The notes under the pieces: model-generated
Databases searched by the model: none
What the model was told of the DNA's origin: nothing
The model's input: only the letters and a program-made list of their open reading frames with translations
Source of the DNA: an uncultured Verrucomicrobiales bacterium
GTDB lineage: Bacteria; Verrucomicrobiota; Verrucomicrobiia; Limisphaerales; Palsa-1400
DNA: 64,000 bases
Assembly (NCBI GenBank): GCA_903898185.1
Contig: CAIUEN010000364.1
Coordinates: 13,394 to 77,393 of the forward strand
Direction: 5' to 3'
Part shown: positions 26,938 to 35,993 of the stretch, piece by piece
Layout of the letters: each line of letters starts with the position of its first letter
Position numbering within the stretch: position 1 is the stretch's first letter
Made by a program: the position numbers and the translations under genes

Positions 26938-29040
26938 TCAGAACCGATAGGTTAGCTTCACTCTAAAGTTGCGCCCATCCTGTTGAACCGCATCCAGCGG
27001 ACTAAAATCCGCCGAGACTGGATCACGGTAGGTGCAATCAAACACGTTGTAAATGCTGGCCGAGATCTCCAAATTCTTGACCAACTCGCGGCTAAAAAGC
27101 GTGGCGTTGGCGATCCAGAAAGCGCCGGTTTCGGTGCGTTCGACTGTCCATCGTTTGCTCGTCCCCTGCAATTCCAACCCGGCGGAGATTTTGTCCAGGT
27201 AGAGCGGGATGATCAGGTTCAACTTGGCCATGTGCTTTGGAGAATTGCTCAGGAACTGACCCGAATCGGAGTCACGGCTCTCCTGAAACGTGTAACTCGC
27301 CTTTCCGCGCCACCCATGGCCCCAATGTCCGTCCAATTCCATTTCCGCGCCGCGCGATTGCACCGAATTAAGGTTGGCAGCATAAAGAAGATTATCGCTC
27401 GGATCCCTTTGGGAATCGATCAGTCCGTCAATTTCATTCAGAAACAGCGAAGACTGAAGACGCGCATGGGAGTTAAGTTCCTGCTCGAAAACCAGTTCGT
27501 AGGAATGAACCTTCTCACTCTTCAGTTGGAGATTCGGCTTGTAACCGGGCATCGCGTAATACATCTCACTCGCGTTTGGCGCCCGAAAGGCTTCCCCATA
27601 GAGGAACTTGAAGGTGCTTTTGGTCACCGGTTGATAGACCATCGACATACGGGGATTAAACGTGTCGCCAAACGTGCTGAAGTAGTCATAGCGAAGTCCG
27701 CCGTTGACCGCGAAACCATGAAAAATCTGATACTCGTCCTGGACATATACTCCAACGGTATCGTTCCTGTTGCGTGTGTCGAAATAGTCAGCTCGTGGCA
27801 AAATATCATAGTTCCTCTGAGCCAGGTAAAAATCGTGAATTACTTCCGAACCCGCCGTAAGCACATTATCATCGAACAATGGCTTGCTTGCGAGCATTTC
27901 AGCGCCCATCAGTTCCGCTTCGCTGAAATCGCGATTCTTTATGACTTGCCCAGGATAAAGCGGGTCAGCGAAATCCACGATCGATGGCAGCATGTTGTGG
28001 GCGTCAAATTGATAGTGATCAAAATAGACGCGGGCCGTCACCGCGAGATCGTTCTCAAATCCATGCGAATACTTGAGATCCACATACCCACGTTCGTCCA
28101 TGGCAAACGTGCCCGGCTGACCAAACACCGTGCCAAACGGAGCGTTTGGCAAATCTTTGCGACGATGGACAATGGCCCCTTGCAGAGTGAAGTCGCGGTA
28201 GGACAGGGTCGAGATCGCGCTCTTGACGGTATTACCATCCAATCCTCGCGCGATGCCCTGTTGAACGGAGCGATATTCGGGATAAAACAACTCCTTGTGG
28301 CCATCGCTGTCGAGATAGGTTCCGGACATGGCGAGTTCGACCCCATTGGTAAAAACTCTCCCGTAGCTGGCGCGCCCGGTATAGGTATCGTAACTTGCGA
28401 CGGCGCTGGAGACTTCAGTCCCGTTGAGATCTCGTCCTTTGCGCGTGATTACATTGATCACAGCAAAGAACGCATTGTTTCCGTAAAGCGACGATCCAGG
28501 CCCGCGAATAACCTCGACGCGCTCAATCATATCGACGTCCACCAATCCTTCGGTGCCGCTGAATGCCTGGTCATAAATCGGCTCATTCACCCGATGACCG
28601 TCAACCATGAGCAGTATCCTGTCGCCATAGTCTCCAGGTCGATTGATACCCCTGGCGCCAATATAGCTGTAGTAGCGATCTGAAGTTACGTTAAACCCCC
28701 GCACTCCTCGAAGCACGTCAGCCAGAGTGCGATAGCCGTATTGCTTGATGTCAGAGGATGTGACGATGCTTACTGATGAAGGTGCCTCGGTTACCTTTTG
28801 TTCGTGTTTAGACGCGCCATAGACTGTGGGAATCTCCACATCCATCAGATCTTCCACGCTCATTTTCTTGAGAGCCGCCACGCCTTCCGGGGCATTGGTT
28901 TGTGCGAGCGCCAATTGTGGCGATGCACAGATGACTGCCAGAAACAAAAAAAGAAGCCTGCCGCGTTTGCATCCAGAGCTATGCAACCACAACATTCCCT
29001 TCGATGGAGAACTCGTCAGCAGTTTTTCAGCAATTCTCAT
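26938..29040 (-). CDS. TonB-dependent receptor-like outer-membrane beta-barrel
   Basis: The plug domain reads LKKMSVEDLMDVEIPTVYGASKHEQKVTEAPSSVSIVTSSDI...ADVLRGVRGF. A long barrel follows, ending in the aromatic terminus ...NFRVKLTYRF. The track N-terminus (29041-29211) translates a repeat. Plausible starts are ATG 29038-29040 (MRIAEK...) or ATG 28993-28995 (MLWLHSSGCKRGRLLFLFLAVICASPQLALA). Confidence 0.9.
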   Translation of the reverse strand: MRIAEKLLTSSPSKGMLWLHSSGCKRGRLLFLFLAVICASPQLALAQTNAPEGVAALKKMSVEDLMDVEIPTVYGASKHEQKVTEAPSSVSIVTSSDIKQYGYRTLADVLRGVRGFNVTSDRYYSYIGARGINRPGDYGDRILLMVDGHRVNEPIYDQAFSGTEGLVDVDMIERVEVIRGPGSSLYGNNAFFAVINVITRKGRDLNGTEVSSAVASYDTYTGRASYGRVFTNGVELAMSGTYLDSDGHKELFYPEYRSVQQGIARGLDGNTVKSAISTLSYRDFTLQGAIVHRRKDLPNAPFGTVFGQPGTFAMDERGYVDLKYSHGFENDLAVTARVYFDHYQFDAHNMLPSIVDFADPLYPGQVIKNRDFSEAELMGAEMLASKPLFDDNVLTAGSEVIHDFYLAQRNYDILPRADYFDTRNRNDTVGVYVQDEYQIFHGFAVNGGLRYDYFSTFGDTFNPRMSMVYQPVTKSTFKFLYGEAFRAPNASEMYYAMPGYKPNLQLKSEKVHSYELVFEQELNSHARLQSSLFLNEIDGLIDSQRDPSDNLLYAANLNSVQSRGAEMELDGHWGHGWRGKASYTFQESRDSDSGQFLSNSPKHMAKLNLIIPLYLDKISAGLELQGTSKRWTVERTETGAFWIANATLFSRELVKNLEISASIYNVFDCTYRDPVSADFSPLDAVQQDGRNFRVKLTYRF

Positions 29041-29113
29041 TTTGGGGTAATACGGAGGTAAAACGGAGGTAAAACTCTGATCTCTGCCTGCGCGCGAGGT
29101 TTCCGCCCTCCAG

Positions 29114-29174
29114 CGGAGCCAGAGGCACCGCAACCGGCAGACCAGAGGTCTACCCCACATAATGAGAATTGCTG
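29114..29174 (-). repeat. family-B repeat arm (CGGAGCCAGAGGCACCGCAACCGGCAGACCAGAGGTCTACCCCACATAATGAGAATTGCTG)
   Basis: It aligns to 51409-51467 and 43161-43208 and contains the palindromic core GGCAGACC-N-GGTCTRCC. Confidence 0.7.
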
Positions 29175-29236
29175 GCAGTTTTTTCATTGCGCAACCTGTT
29201 TCCATATCCAAGAGTAATCTGAAGTGGCTCTTTCAA

Positions 29237-29414
29237 TTGGGGCAGACCTCTGGTCTGCCAGCACCTCGTTATCGAGGCGCAGCGATTAGTTGTGCTGTAA
29301 CTATTAGGCATCCTGCCTGTGCCCCTCTTTCCGCCGAGCGTCGCGAGACGCTAATTTCTCCTTCTGACGTGAACAGTTGCGTTGTGCTGACTGTTCCTGG
29401 AGCCTCTGGCTCCG
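29237..29414 (+). repeat. family-B repeat arm interrupted by MITE A5
   Basis: TTGGGGCAGACCTCTGGTCTGCCAGCACCTCGTTATCGAGG...GATTAGTTGTGCT [A5] GTTGTGCTGACTGTTCCTGGAGCCTCTGGCTCCG is colinear with the uninterrupted copy at 51303-51385. Confidence 0.75.
29297..29380 (+). mobile_element. family-A MITE copy A5, nested inside a family-B repeat, with a perfect 8-bp target-site duplication
   Basis: GTTGTGCT occurs at 29289-29296 and again at 29381-29388, directly flanking GTAACTATT...GAACAGTTGC. The same B sequence at 51353-51368 carries GTTGTGCT once. Confidence 0.85.
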
Positions 29415-29483
29415 TAAATTCCAACCGACTTAAGGAGACCCTGCTTCCGTATTGGTTATCTTGTGTGAGAGCGTATTCAAAAT

Positions 29484-30755
29484 TCACAAAGATTTCAAGT
29501 AGATACTCTTCAGGTAGGTAGCCTCAGGGAAAGTCGATGGGTGATCGGGCGGGTGACCCGTGGTCTCGATTTCGGTGAACCCACGACCTGAACGCTCTGC
29601 AGCCAGACGGACAGCCTCGAAGAACTCGGGCGCGGAGACGTGGGCGGAGCAGGAAGCCGCGACCAGCACGCCTCCTTTTCGCAGCGACTTTATCGCGCTC
29701 GCCACGAGCGTCCCATACGCCCGAATGGCCCCTGCCCGCTCAGCTTCCCGCTTGGCCAGAGACGGCGGATCGAGGATTATCAAGTCAAAGAGCTGCGTCG
29801 TATTTCTTTCAAGCCATGCGAACACGTCTCCCTGCAATGTGACATGCCGACACCGGGCAATTTGTGGGATTGCCTGGTTGAGAGCAAAATTTCTCCGCGC
29901 GGACTCAATTGCATGCGCGCTGATATCGAGGTCGGTCACCGCCCTTGCGCCACCCCGTGCCGCGTACAGAGAAAACCCGCCCGAGTAGCTGAATGCATTG
30001 AGCACGTCACGCCCTTGCGATAGCAATTCCACGCGGCGGCGGTTTTCGCGTTGATCCAGGAAAAAACCGGTCTTTTGTCCGCGAACAACATCGGCTTCAA
30101 ACTGGATGCCGTTCTCCTGAAAAATCACAGGCCCATCCAGTTCCTTGCCAAAAATCACCTGTCCATCGCGAACGCCAAACTCCTTCGCCTTCTCTTGAAT
30201 GTTGCGGCTCAACCGCAGGACGATTCCATCGGGATGGAAGACGCTTTGGAAGAGCGATGTGAACTGTTCGATCCGTGGCAGCCACGCTGCTGTGTACAAT
30301 TTCAGGACGAGAACCCCCTTGTAGCGGTCGAGCGCCAAGCCTGGCCAGCCGTCACTCTCGCCGCAAATCCAACGCCAGCCATCAGTTTGGCTGTCAAACA
30401 GGGTGCGCCGCCGCGCCATCGTTTCTTCCAGGCGCATTTGCCACCACGCGTCGTCCAGTGTCAAAGGTTTCCCGACATGAAGCATCCGAACGCGCAACGG
30501 CGAATCCGGATCAAACAATCCGATTCCAAGAAAACGGTCCGCGCGGTCGTAAATCACCGCCAACTCTCCCAGATTACCCTCGCGATTCTGATCGCGAACG
30601 CTGGAGGCAAACAACCACGGATGCCCGGAACGGATGATGCTCTCGGCAGCGGCGGTTACTCGCAGACGGAGCCGTGGAGGATGCGCTACAGTCGCATCCT
30701 TGTGGGGCAGACCTAGGGTGTTGAATTGATCGGTTTTTTGCTCTGGAAAGGTCAT
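29484..30755 (-). CDS. rlmI: class I SAM-dependent rRNA (cytosine-C5) methyltransferase, RlmI-like (PUA + MTase)
   Basis: 423 aa with ...[14 protein letters not shown]..., ...[10 protein letters not shown]..., ...[16 protein letters not shown]... and ...IILDPPS.... The exact start is uncertain. Confidence 0.75.
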   Translation of the reverse strand: MTFPEQKTDQFNTLGLPHKDATVAHPPRLRLRVTAAAESIIRSGHPWLFASSVRDQNREGNLGELAVIYDRADRFLGIGLFDPDSPLRVRMLHVGKPLTLDDAWWQMRLEETMARRRTLFDSQTDGWRWICGESDGWPGLALDRYKGVLVLKLYTAAWLPRIEQFTSLFQSVFHPDGIVLRLSRNIQEKAKEFGVRDGQVIFGKELDGPVIFQENGIQFEADVVRGQKTGFFLDQRENRRRVELLSQGRDVLNAFSYSGGFSLYAARGGARAVTDLDISAHAIESARRNFALNQAIPQIARCRHVTLQGDVFAWLERNTTQLFDLIILDPPSLAKREAERAGAIRAYGTLVASAIKSLRKGGVLVAASCSAHVSAPEFFEAVRLAAERSGRGFTEIETTGHPPDHPSTFPEATYLKSIYLKSL

Positions 30756-30911
30756 GCATTATTCATGATTATTAGTACATTCTCCGCAAGGGGTTCTTTT
30801 TCCGCGTATTCTGCGTATTCTGCGGTTCATTTGCATTTCTTGATTTCAAATTTCAAATTTGAGATTTTACGAAAACTCATATTCCAAGCGTTAACATTTC
30901 GTTGCCCTTTC

Positions 30912-31304
30912 TTATCGTCTTAAATTAATGGTGGCAGCCACAACATGGCCAAGCCAGACTCCAACAAGGCAGAGCGCCACCGAGCCCACAATGTTGGCTC
31001 CCGCCCAAAGCCATTGATCCTTCTGAGCCAATTGCAGCGTTTGGAGGCTGAATGAAGAGAACGTGGTATAGCCCCCGCAAATGCCGATCATGAAGAATTG
31101 CCGGAGTGATGTTGGCGCCAGCCATCGCCCCTGGTCACCGGTCAAAGTATCAAAAAAACCGATGACGAATGAACCGGTCACATTGACAATCAGGGTGCCC
31201 CATGGAAAAGCAGCGCCAAAACAATTGGCGATCAATCCGGACCACCAATAACGCAACACGCTGCCAAGCGCGCCACCCACGGCTATATAAAAGTAGCTGA
31301 GCAT
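30912..31304 (-). CDS. crcB: fluoride ion channel CrcB/FluC
   Basis: I trimmed the ORF to the ATG at 31302-31304. MLSYFYIAVGGALGSVLRYW...GTLIVNVTGSFVIGF...GGYTTFSSF is a typical CrcB of about 130 aa. Confidence 0.9.
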   Translation of the reverse strand: MLSYFYIAVGGALGSVLRYWWSGLIANCFGAAFPWGTLIVNVTGSFVIGFFDTLTGDQGRWLAPTSLRQFFMIGICGGYTTFSSFSLQTLQLAQKDQWLWAGANIVGSVALCLVGVWLGHVVAATINLRR

Positions 31305-31430
31305 AGAAAACCGGCTGCGGACAATACCAATCGCGCAGCCGGATTTCAACCATCATGCGTCTGCAATTCCGGCTACGGACGATACCAATCGATCAGCCGG
31401 ACTTCAACGCCAGCATCATTGCCGACCAGT
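31305..31430 (-). promoter_or_regulatory. crcB leader with two tandem ~58-nt units, each carrying a hairpin; the proximal one is terminator-like
   Basis: On the minus strand, CCGGCTGCG-N14-CGCAGCCGG (31311-31342, perfect 9-bp stem) is followed by TTTTCT and then the ATG. A diverged copy lies at 31369-31400. It does not match the fluoride-riboswitch consensus as I remember it. Confidence 0.3.
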
Positions 31431-31503
31431 TATACTTTGAACGGCTAAGAATGTTACTTTTTTGCACCGAGAAGAAGGAACGATCTTACCCGTTCAAAGT
31501 ATA
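31431..31503. repeat. family-F palindromic repeat, copy F1 (TATACTTTGAACGG...CCGTTCAAAGTATA)
   Basis: It has 14-bp perfect terminal inverted repeats. The same element lies in the opposite internal orientation at 49746-49817. Confidence 0.7.
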
Positions 31504-31768
31504 CTTGAATTTTTTGACTGGCCGCCACCCGGTCGCCATCGAACCGAGCGTTAACACCGATCGCCGTAAGCGACACCAAAGTCAGCGCGCCAACAAGGAC
31601 TCCCCAACCGGCTGGAAACACTTCGAAAAAACAAGTCAACTTCATGCCCAAACATTATCCGGGGGCAATTCGAAATCAAACAAAATGGTGACTGCGTCAA
31701 GCGCTGGCCCATGAGACACGTTTGCCTGCAAGCTTTGCATTTTACCCCTGCCGCGCTAGAGTCAGCCT

Positions 31769-32860
31769 GTGACTTACGATTCGTCCGTTGATGCACTGCT
31801 GGAAAAGGTCTGGAGCGGAGCGCGCATTGATCGCGCCGAGGCCGCTCGTCTTTACCAATTGCCCCTGGAGGAGTTGGGAATGCTGGCCGACCGCCGACGT
31901 ATGTTGGCCAAGGCCGCCGATTATGATGGGGTCGGCAACCAGATTGTGACCTACCAGATTGACCGTAACATCAATTACACCAACGTCTGCAATGTCTGCT
32001 GCAAGTTCTGCGCGTTTTACCGGACTGAAAAGGCCGACGACGCCTACGTCATCACCTTCGACGAAATTGACCAAAAGATTGAGGAGACCATCGCATTGGG
32101 AGGCACGCAAATTCTTCTTCAAGGCGGACACCATCCCAAGCTTTCGCTCCAATGGTATTTGGACCTGCTCTCACATGTGAAAGCGAAGTTTCCCCAGATC
32201 AATATTCACGGTTTCAGCCCCAGCGAATTTATTCACTTCCGCGAAGTCTTTCAGATGCCCGTCGAAGAACTCATCTCGCAATTTGTGAAAGCGGGGCTGG
32301 GCTCGCTTCCGGGTGGCGGCGCTGAAATTCTCTCCGATAATGTCCGCAAGCGGATCGCGCCGCTCAAAGCCCGTACCGACGAATGGCTCGGAGTTATGGA
32401 CACCGCCCATCGGCTTGGCTTGAGCACCAGCGCGACGATGATGTTCGGCCACGTCGAAACAGTTGAAGACCGCATCGAGCACTTGGATCGCGTCCGCGCT
32501 CAACAGGACAAATCGAAGGGCTTCACCGCCTTCATCGCGTGGACGTTTCAGTCGGAAAACACGAAGCTCAACGCCCCTATGGTTGGCGGAAACGAATACC
32601 TGCGCATGCAGGCGCTGAACCGAATTTATCTCGATAATTTTCACAATATCCAAAGCTCCTGGGTGACCCAAGGACCAGCCATTGGCCAGGTGGCGCTCAA
32701 ATTCGGAGCCAATGACCTGGGAAGCATCATGATCGAGGAAAACGTGGTTTCTCAAGCCGGCGCAAGCTTCAAACTCGAAGTCGCCGACATGCGCCGCCTC
32801 ATTCGCGAGCTCGGCTACGAACCCCGCCAGCGCGATAACTGGTATCGGCTGCTCAACTGA
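31769..32860 (+). CDS. mqnC: radical SAM enzyme of the futalosine menaquinone pathway (MqnC-type; MqnE not excluded)
   Basis: 363 aa with a GTG start. [26 protein letters not shown] is the CxxxCxxC cluster. [15 protein letters not shown] and [11 protein letters not shown] are also present. The assignment comes from remembered family patterns. Confidence 0.7.
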   Translation: MTYDSSVDALLEKVWSGARIDRAEAARLYQLPLEELGMLADRRRMLAKAADYDGVGNQIVTYQIDRNINYTNVCNVCCKFCAFYRTEKADDAYVITFDEIDQKIEETIALGGTQILLQGGHHPKLSLQWYLDLLSHVKAKFPQINIHGFSPSEFIHFREVFQMPVEELISQFVKAGLGSLPGGGAEILSDNVRKRIAPLKARTDEWLGVMDTAHRLGLSTSATMMFGHVETVEDRIEHLDRVRAQQDKSKGFTAFIAWTFQSENTKLNAPMVGGNEYLRMQALNRIYLDNFHNIQSSWVTQGPAIGQVALKFGANDLGSIMIEENVVSQAGASFKLEVADMRRLIRELGYEPRQRDNWYRLLN

Positions 32861-32901
32861 ACCAGCTTGCCGCACCCTCAAAAAAACGTCAGGCTGGGCG
32901 A

Positions 32902-33612
32902 ATGGACCGTAAACCAGTTTTTCGGGCAAAGGGGTTGACCAAAGTCTATGGAGCCGGGACTGCCGAAGTCCGGGCTTTGGCAGGGGTGGATCTTGAGCTT
33001 TTTGACGGCGAACTGGTTGTTTTGCTTGGACAATCCGGCAGCGGAAAAACGACATTGCTCAATAACCTGGGTGGCTTGGATAAGCCAACGTCCGGGGAAC
33101 TCTGGTATCGCGACTTGGATCTCACTGCCGCCAATGAAGATCAACTCACGCAGTTTCGCCGTGAGCGCGTTGGTTTCATTTTTCAGTTTTACAATCTCAT
33201 CCCCAGTCTTACCGCGCGTGAAAATGTGGGGCTGATCACCGAAATTGCGCGCGATCCGATGCCGCCTGAGACGGCTTTGGAATTGGTCAACCTGGGCAAC
33301 CGGTTTGATCATTTCCCTGCGCAACTCTCGGGTGGCGAACAGCAGCGGGTGGCCATTGCGAGGGCCATTGCCAAGCGCCCCGAGGTGCTTCTGTGCGACG
33401 AACCGACGGGCGCGCTGGATGTCCGCACCGGCATTGTGGTTCTCGAAGCCATTGAACGCGTCAACCGTGAGTTGGGCACTCTCACGGTGATCATTACTCA
33501 CAACGCCATCATGGCTGACATGGCCGACCGGGTGATCTTTTTTATGGACGGGCATGTGCATCACATCCGGGAAAATGCGGTCCGCGCTCCAGTCTCCGGC
33601 TTGAAATGGTGA
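32902..33612 (+). CDS. ABC transporter ATP-binding protein (MacB/LolD-type)
   Basis: Walker A is [12 protein letters not shown], the signature is [14 protein letters not shown] and Walker B is [11 protein letters not shown]. Confidence 0.9.
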   Translation: MDRKPVFRAKGLTKVYGAGTAEVRALAGVDLELFDGELVVLLGQSGSGKTTLLNNLGGLDKPTSGELWYRDLDLTAANEDQLTQFRRERVGFIFQFYNLIPSLTARENVGLITEIARDPMPPETALELVNLGNRFDHFPAQLSGGEQQRVAIARAIAKRPEVLLCDEPTGALDVRTGIVVLEAIERVNRELGTLTVIITHNAIMADMADRVIFFMDGHVHHIRENAVRAPVSGLKW

Positions 33613-35978
33613 TCATCTCTCATCTTAACCGCAAACTCTGGCGCGATCTTCGGCGCATGAAGGGCCAGGTAATCGCCGTGGCTCTGGTGATGGCTTGCGG
33701 TCTGGCGATGATGATCATGGCTCGCAGCCTTATCTACTCACTCGACTCGACCCGGCGTGAGTATTACGAGGCCAATCGGTTCGGCGAGCTCTTCGCTCAC
33801 TTGAAGCGCGCTCCCAATTCCATCGCTGAGCGCATCACCGAAATCCCTGGAGTCGCCGCCGTGCAATCGGGTATTTCGGTTCAAGTTACTCTTGATGTTC
33901 CAACACTTGATGAGCCAGCCAGCGGCAATGCGCGGTCGCTGCCCGACTTCGAACCGCCCCAGCTCAACCGGCTTTTCCTGCGTTCGGGACGCTGGCTGAC
34001 GCCTGGCAGCCGTCGCGAAGTGCTGGTCGGCGAAGCGTTTGCGACAGCCAATCAGCTCAAACCCGGCGATACCATTGCGATGCTGCTCAATGGTCGCCGT
34101 CAGGAATTGAGGATTGCTGGAATTGTCCTTTCGCCCGAGTTTATTTTCGAATCCCGCCCGGGAGCGGCCCTTCCGGACAACCGGACTTACGGCGTTTTTT
34201 GGATGCCTTACAAGGAATTGGCATCGGCATTTGACTTGGATGGGGCGTTTAATTATCTCTCGTTAACCCTCGCTCCGGACGGATCCCCCCGGCCTGTCAT
34301 CGCGGAATTGGATCGGCTTCTGACGCCTTACGGCGGTCGCGGTGCCTACAGTCGGGAGGATCATCCCTCGCACATTCGCGTTTCGGATGAAATTCGCGTT
34401 CTGACCACGGTGTCAATCGGGTTCCCACTGATTTTCCTGAGTGTCGCCGCGTTCATGACCAATGCCGTCCTGTCACGCTTGCTGGCGTTGCAGCGCGAAC
34501 AGATCGCGGTTCTCAAAGCCTTTGGATTCACCAACCAACAGATCGTTTTTCACTACCTGAAGTTCGCATTCGTGATGGTGGCTGGAGGGACGGCCCTTGG
34601 CGGAGTTGGTGGAATTTTCCTGGGGCACAAATTAGTCATCATGTATCACCGTTTTTTTAGATTTCCAGAATTGGTTTTTCGGCTGGATTATAACGCTCTG
34701 ATGTTGGCTTTGGCTGTCAGTGTCGCCGCAGCGCTGGCCGGGGTGTTCAGCGCGGTGCGGCGGGCCTCGCGCCTGCCGCCGGCGGAAGCCATGCGTCCGG
34801 AACCACCGGCCAATTACCGGCCCGCCCTGATTGAGCGCACCGGCATTGCGCATCTTTTCTCGCACTCGTTTCGCATCGCCATCCGCAACCTGGAGCGCAA
34901 GCCGATGCAGGCGTTCTTCACAGTCGCGGGACTGGCGATGGCAACGGGCATTCTTATTGTGCCCAGCGGTTTCCGTGACAGTGTCGCGCAAATCATGGAT
35001 TACCAGTGGGACACGATGCAAAGACAGGATCTGAGCATCGGACTGGTGGAGCCTGCCAATCCCAGCGTGGTCAACAATTTCCGCCAACTTCCGGGAGTTA
35101 TTACGGTGGAACCGTTTCGCGCCGCAGCGGTGCGTCTGAGCTTCGGGCATCGTCGCCGACAGGTTGGTTTGCAAGGCTTGCCCAATAACGGCCACCACAC
35201 ACGCATCGTGGATGCTTCGTCGCATGAAATTGTAATTCCACAGCATGGGCTTGTAGTGTCGTCAAAGCTGGCTGAGGTGCTTGGCGCGAAGATCGGTGAC
35301 GAATTGATCGTCGAAGCCTTGGAAGGCAAGCGATCCATCGGAACAGTGCCGTTGATTGGGTTGTCGGCGGACTTCGCCGGCGTCACCGCCTACATGAGCA
35401 TGGCCTCGCTGAACCGGTTCCTTGATGAAGGAGATAGGGTCAGCGGCGCAACATTCAATGTTGACGAGGCCCACCGCAGCCAATTTCTGCGCGCGCTGAA
35501 AGACACGCCGCGCGTCAGTTGGGTGGCCATAAAGAATTCGTTGCGCGAGAATTTCCGTCAAACAACAGCGGCAAGCATCGGGCTCATCCAAAGCATTTAC
35601 ATGGCCTTCGCAATCGTCGTGGCATTTGGGGTGGTTTACAACAATGCCCGTATTTCGCTGGCGGAACGCGCCCGGGAACTGGCCACGCTGCGCGTGATCG
35701 GTTTTTCGCGAAGAGAAGTCGGCGCGGTGCTGATCACGGAACTGGTCATTCTGGCGCTCATAGCGGTGCCAATCGGTCTGCTCATGGGCACCGGCTTTGC
35801 CACAGCGATTTTCCAAGCGGTCAATACTGAAACGGTTCGTCTCCCGCTGGTGCTCACGTCCGGAAATTACGCGTTGGCAGTCCTGGTGGTTGGCATTGCT
35901 TCCGTCCTTTCAACTCTGGTGGTGTTGCGAAATTTGAATCACCTTGATCTTGTTGGCGCTCTCAAAGCTCCTGAATAA
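33606..35978 (+). CDS. ABC transporter permease with duplicated FtsX domains (MacB-type)
   Basis: 790 aa with two FtsX-like 4-TM bundles, each preceded by a large periplasmic domain. It overlaps the ATPase gene by 7 nt. Confidence 0.85.
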   Translation: MVIISHLNRKLWRDLRRMKGQVIAVALVMACGLAMMIMARSLIYSLDSTRREYYEANRFGELFAHLKRAPNSIAERITEIPGVAAVQSGISVQVTLDVPTLDEPASGNARSLPDFEPPQLNRLFLRSGRWLTPGSRREVLVGEAFATANQLKPGDTIAMLLNGRRQELRIAGIVLSPEFIFESRPGAALPDNRTYGVFWMPYKELASAFDLDGAFNYLSLTLAPDGSPRPVIAELDRLLTPYGGRGAYSREDHPSHIRVSDEIRVLTTVSIGFPLIFLSVAAFMTNAVLSRLLALQREQIAVLKAFGFTNQQIVFHYLKFAFVMVAGGTALGGVGGIFLGHKLVIMYHRFFRFPELVFRLDYNALMLALAVSVAAALAGVFSAVRRASRLPPAEAMRPEPPANYRPALIERTGIAHLFSHSFRIAIRNLERKPMQAFFTVAGLAMATGILIVPSGFRDSVAQIMDYQWDTMQRQDLSIGLVEPANPSVVNNFRQLPGVITVEPFRAAAVRLSFGHRRRQVGLQGLPNNGHHTRIVDASSHEIVIPQHGLVVSSKLAEVLGAKIGDELIVEALEGKRSIGTVPLIGLSADFAGVTAYMSMASLNRFLDEGDRVSGATFNVDEAHRSQFLRALKDTPRVSWVAIKNSLRENFRQTTAASIGLIQSIYMAFAIVVAFGVVYNNARISLAERARELATLRVIGFSRREVGAVLITELVILALIAVPIGLLMGTGFATAIFQAVNTETVRLPLVLTSGNYALAVLVVGIASVLSTLVVLRNLNHLDLVGALKAPE

Positions 35979-35993
35979 ACAAACTATCGTCCC

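Noticed and set aside
26983-28683. A 566-aa ORF antisense to the TonB-dependent receptor gene.
   Set aside because: The length is striking, but the translation has no recognisable domain. The opposite strand encodes a complete plug-plus-barrel with the canonical C-terminal aromatic residue. I treat it as a shadow frame.
29041-29211. The N-terminal extension of the TBDR ORF (MDMETGCAMKKLPAILIMWGRPLVCRLRCLWLRW...).
   Set aside because: This segment is the translation of a family-B repeat. The same MWGRP..CRLRCLWLR peptide appears in the spurious ORF 51378..51683. The real start must be at or downstream of 29040.
30700-30722. A family-B-like core (CTTGTGGGGCAGACCT) inside the 5' end of the rlmI-like CDS.
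   Set aside because: It could mean the annotated N-terminus is repeat-derived. However, the match is short and partial (16 nt) and the frame is continuous with the conserved PUA region. I cannot decide from sequence alone.
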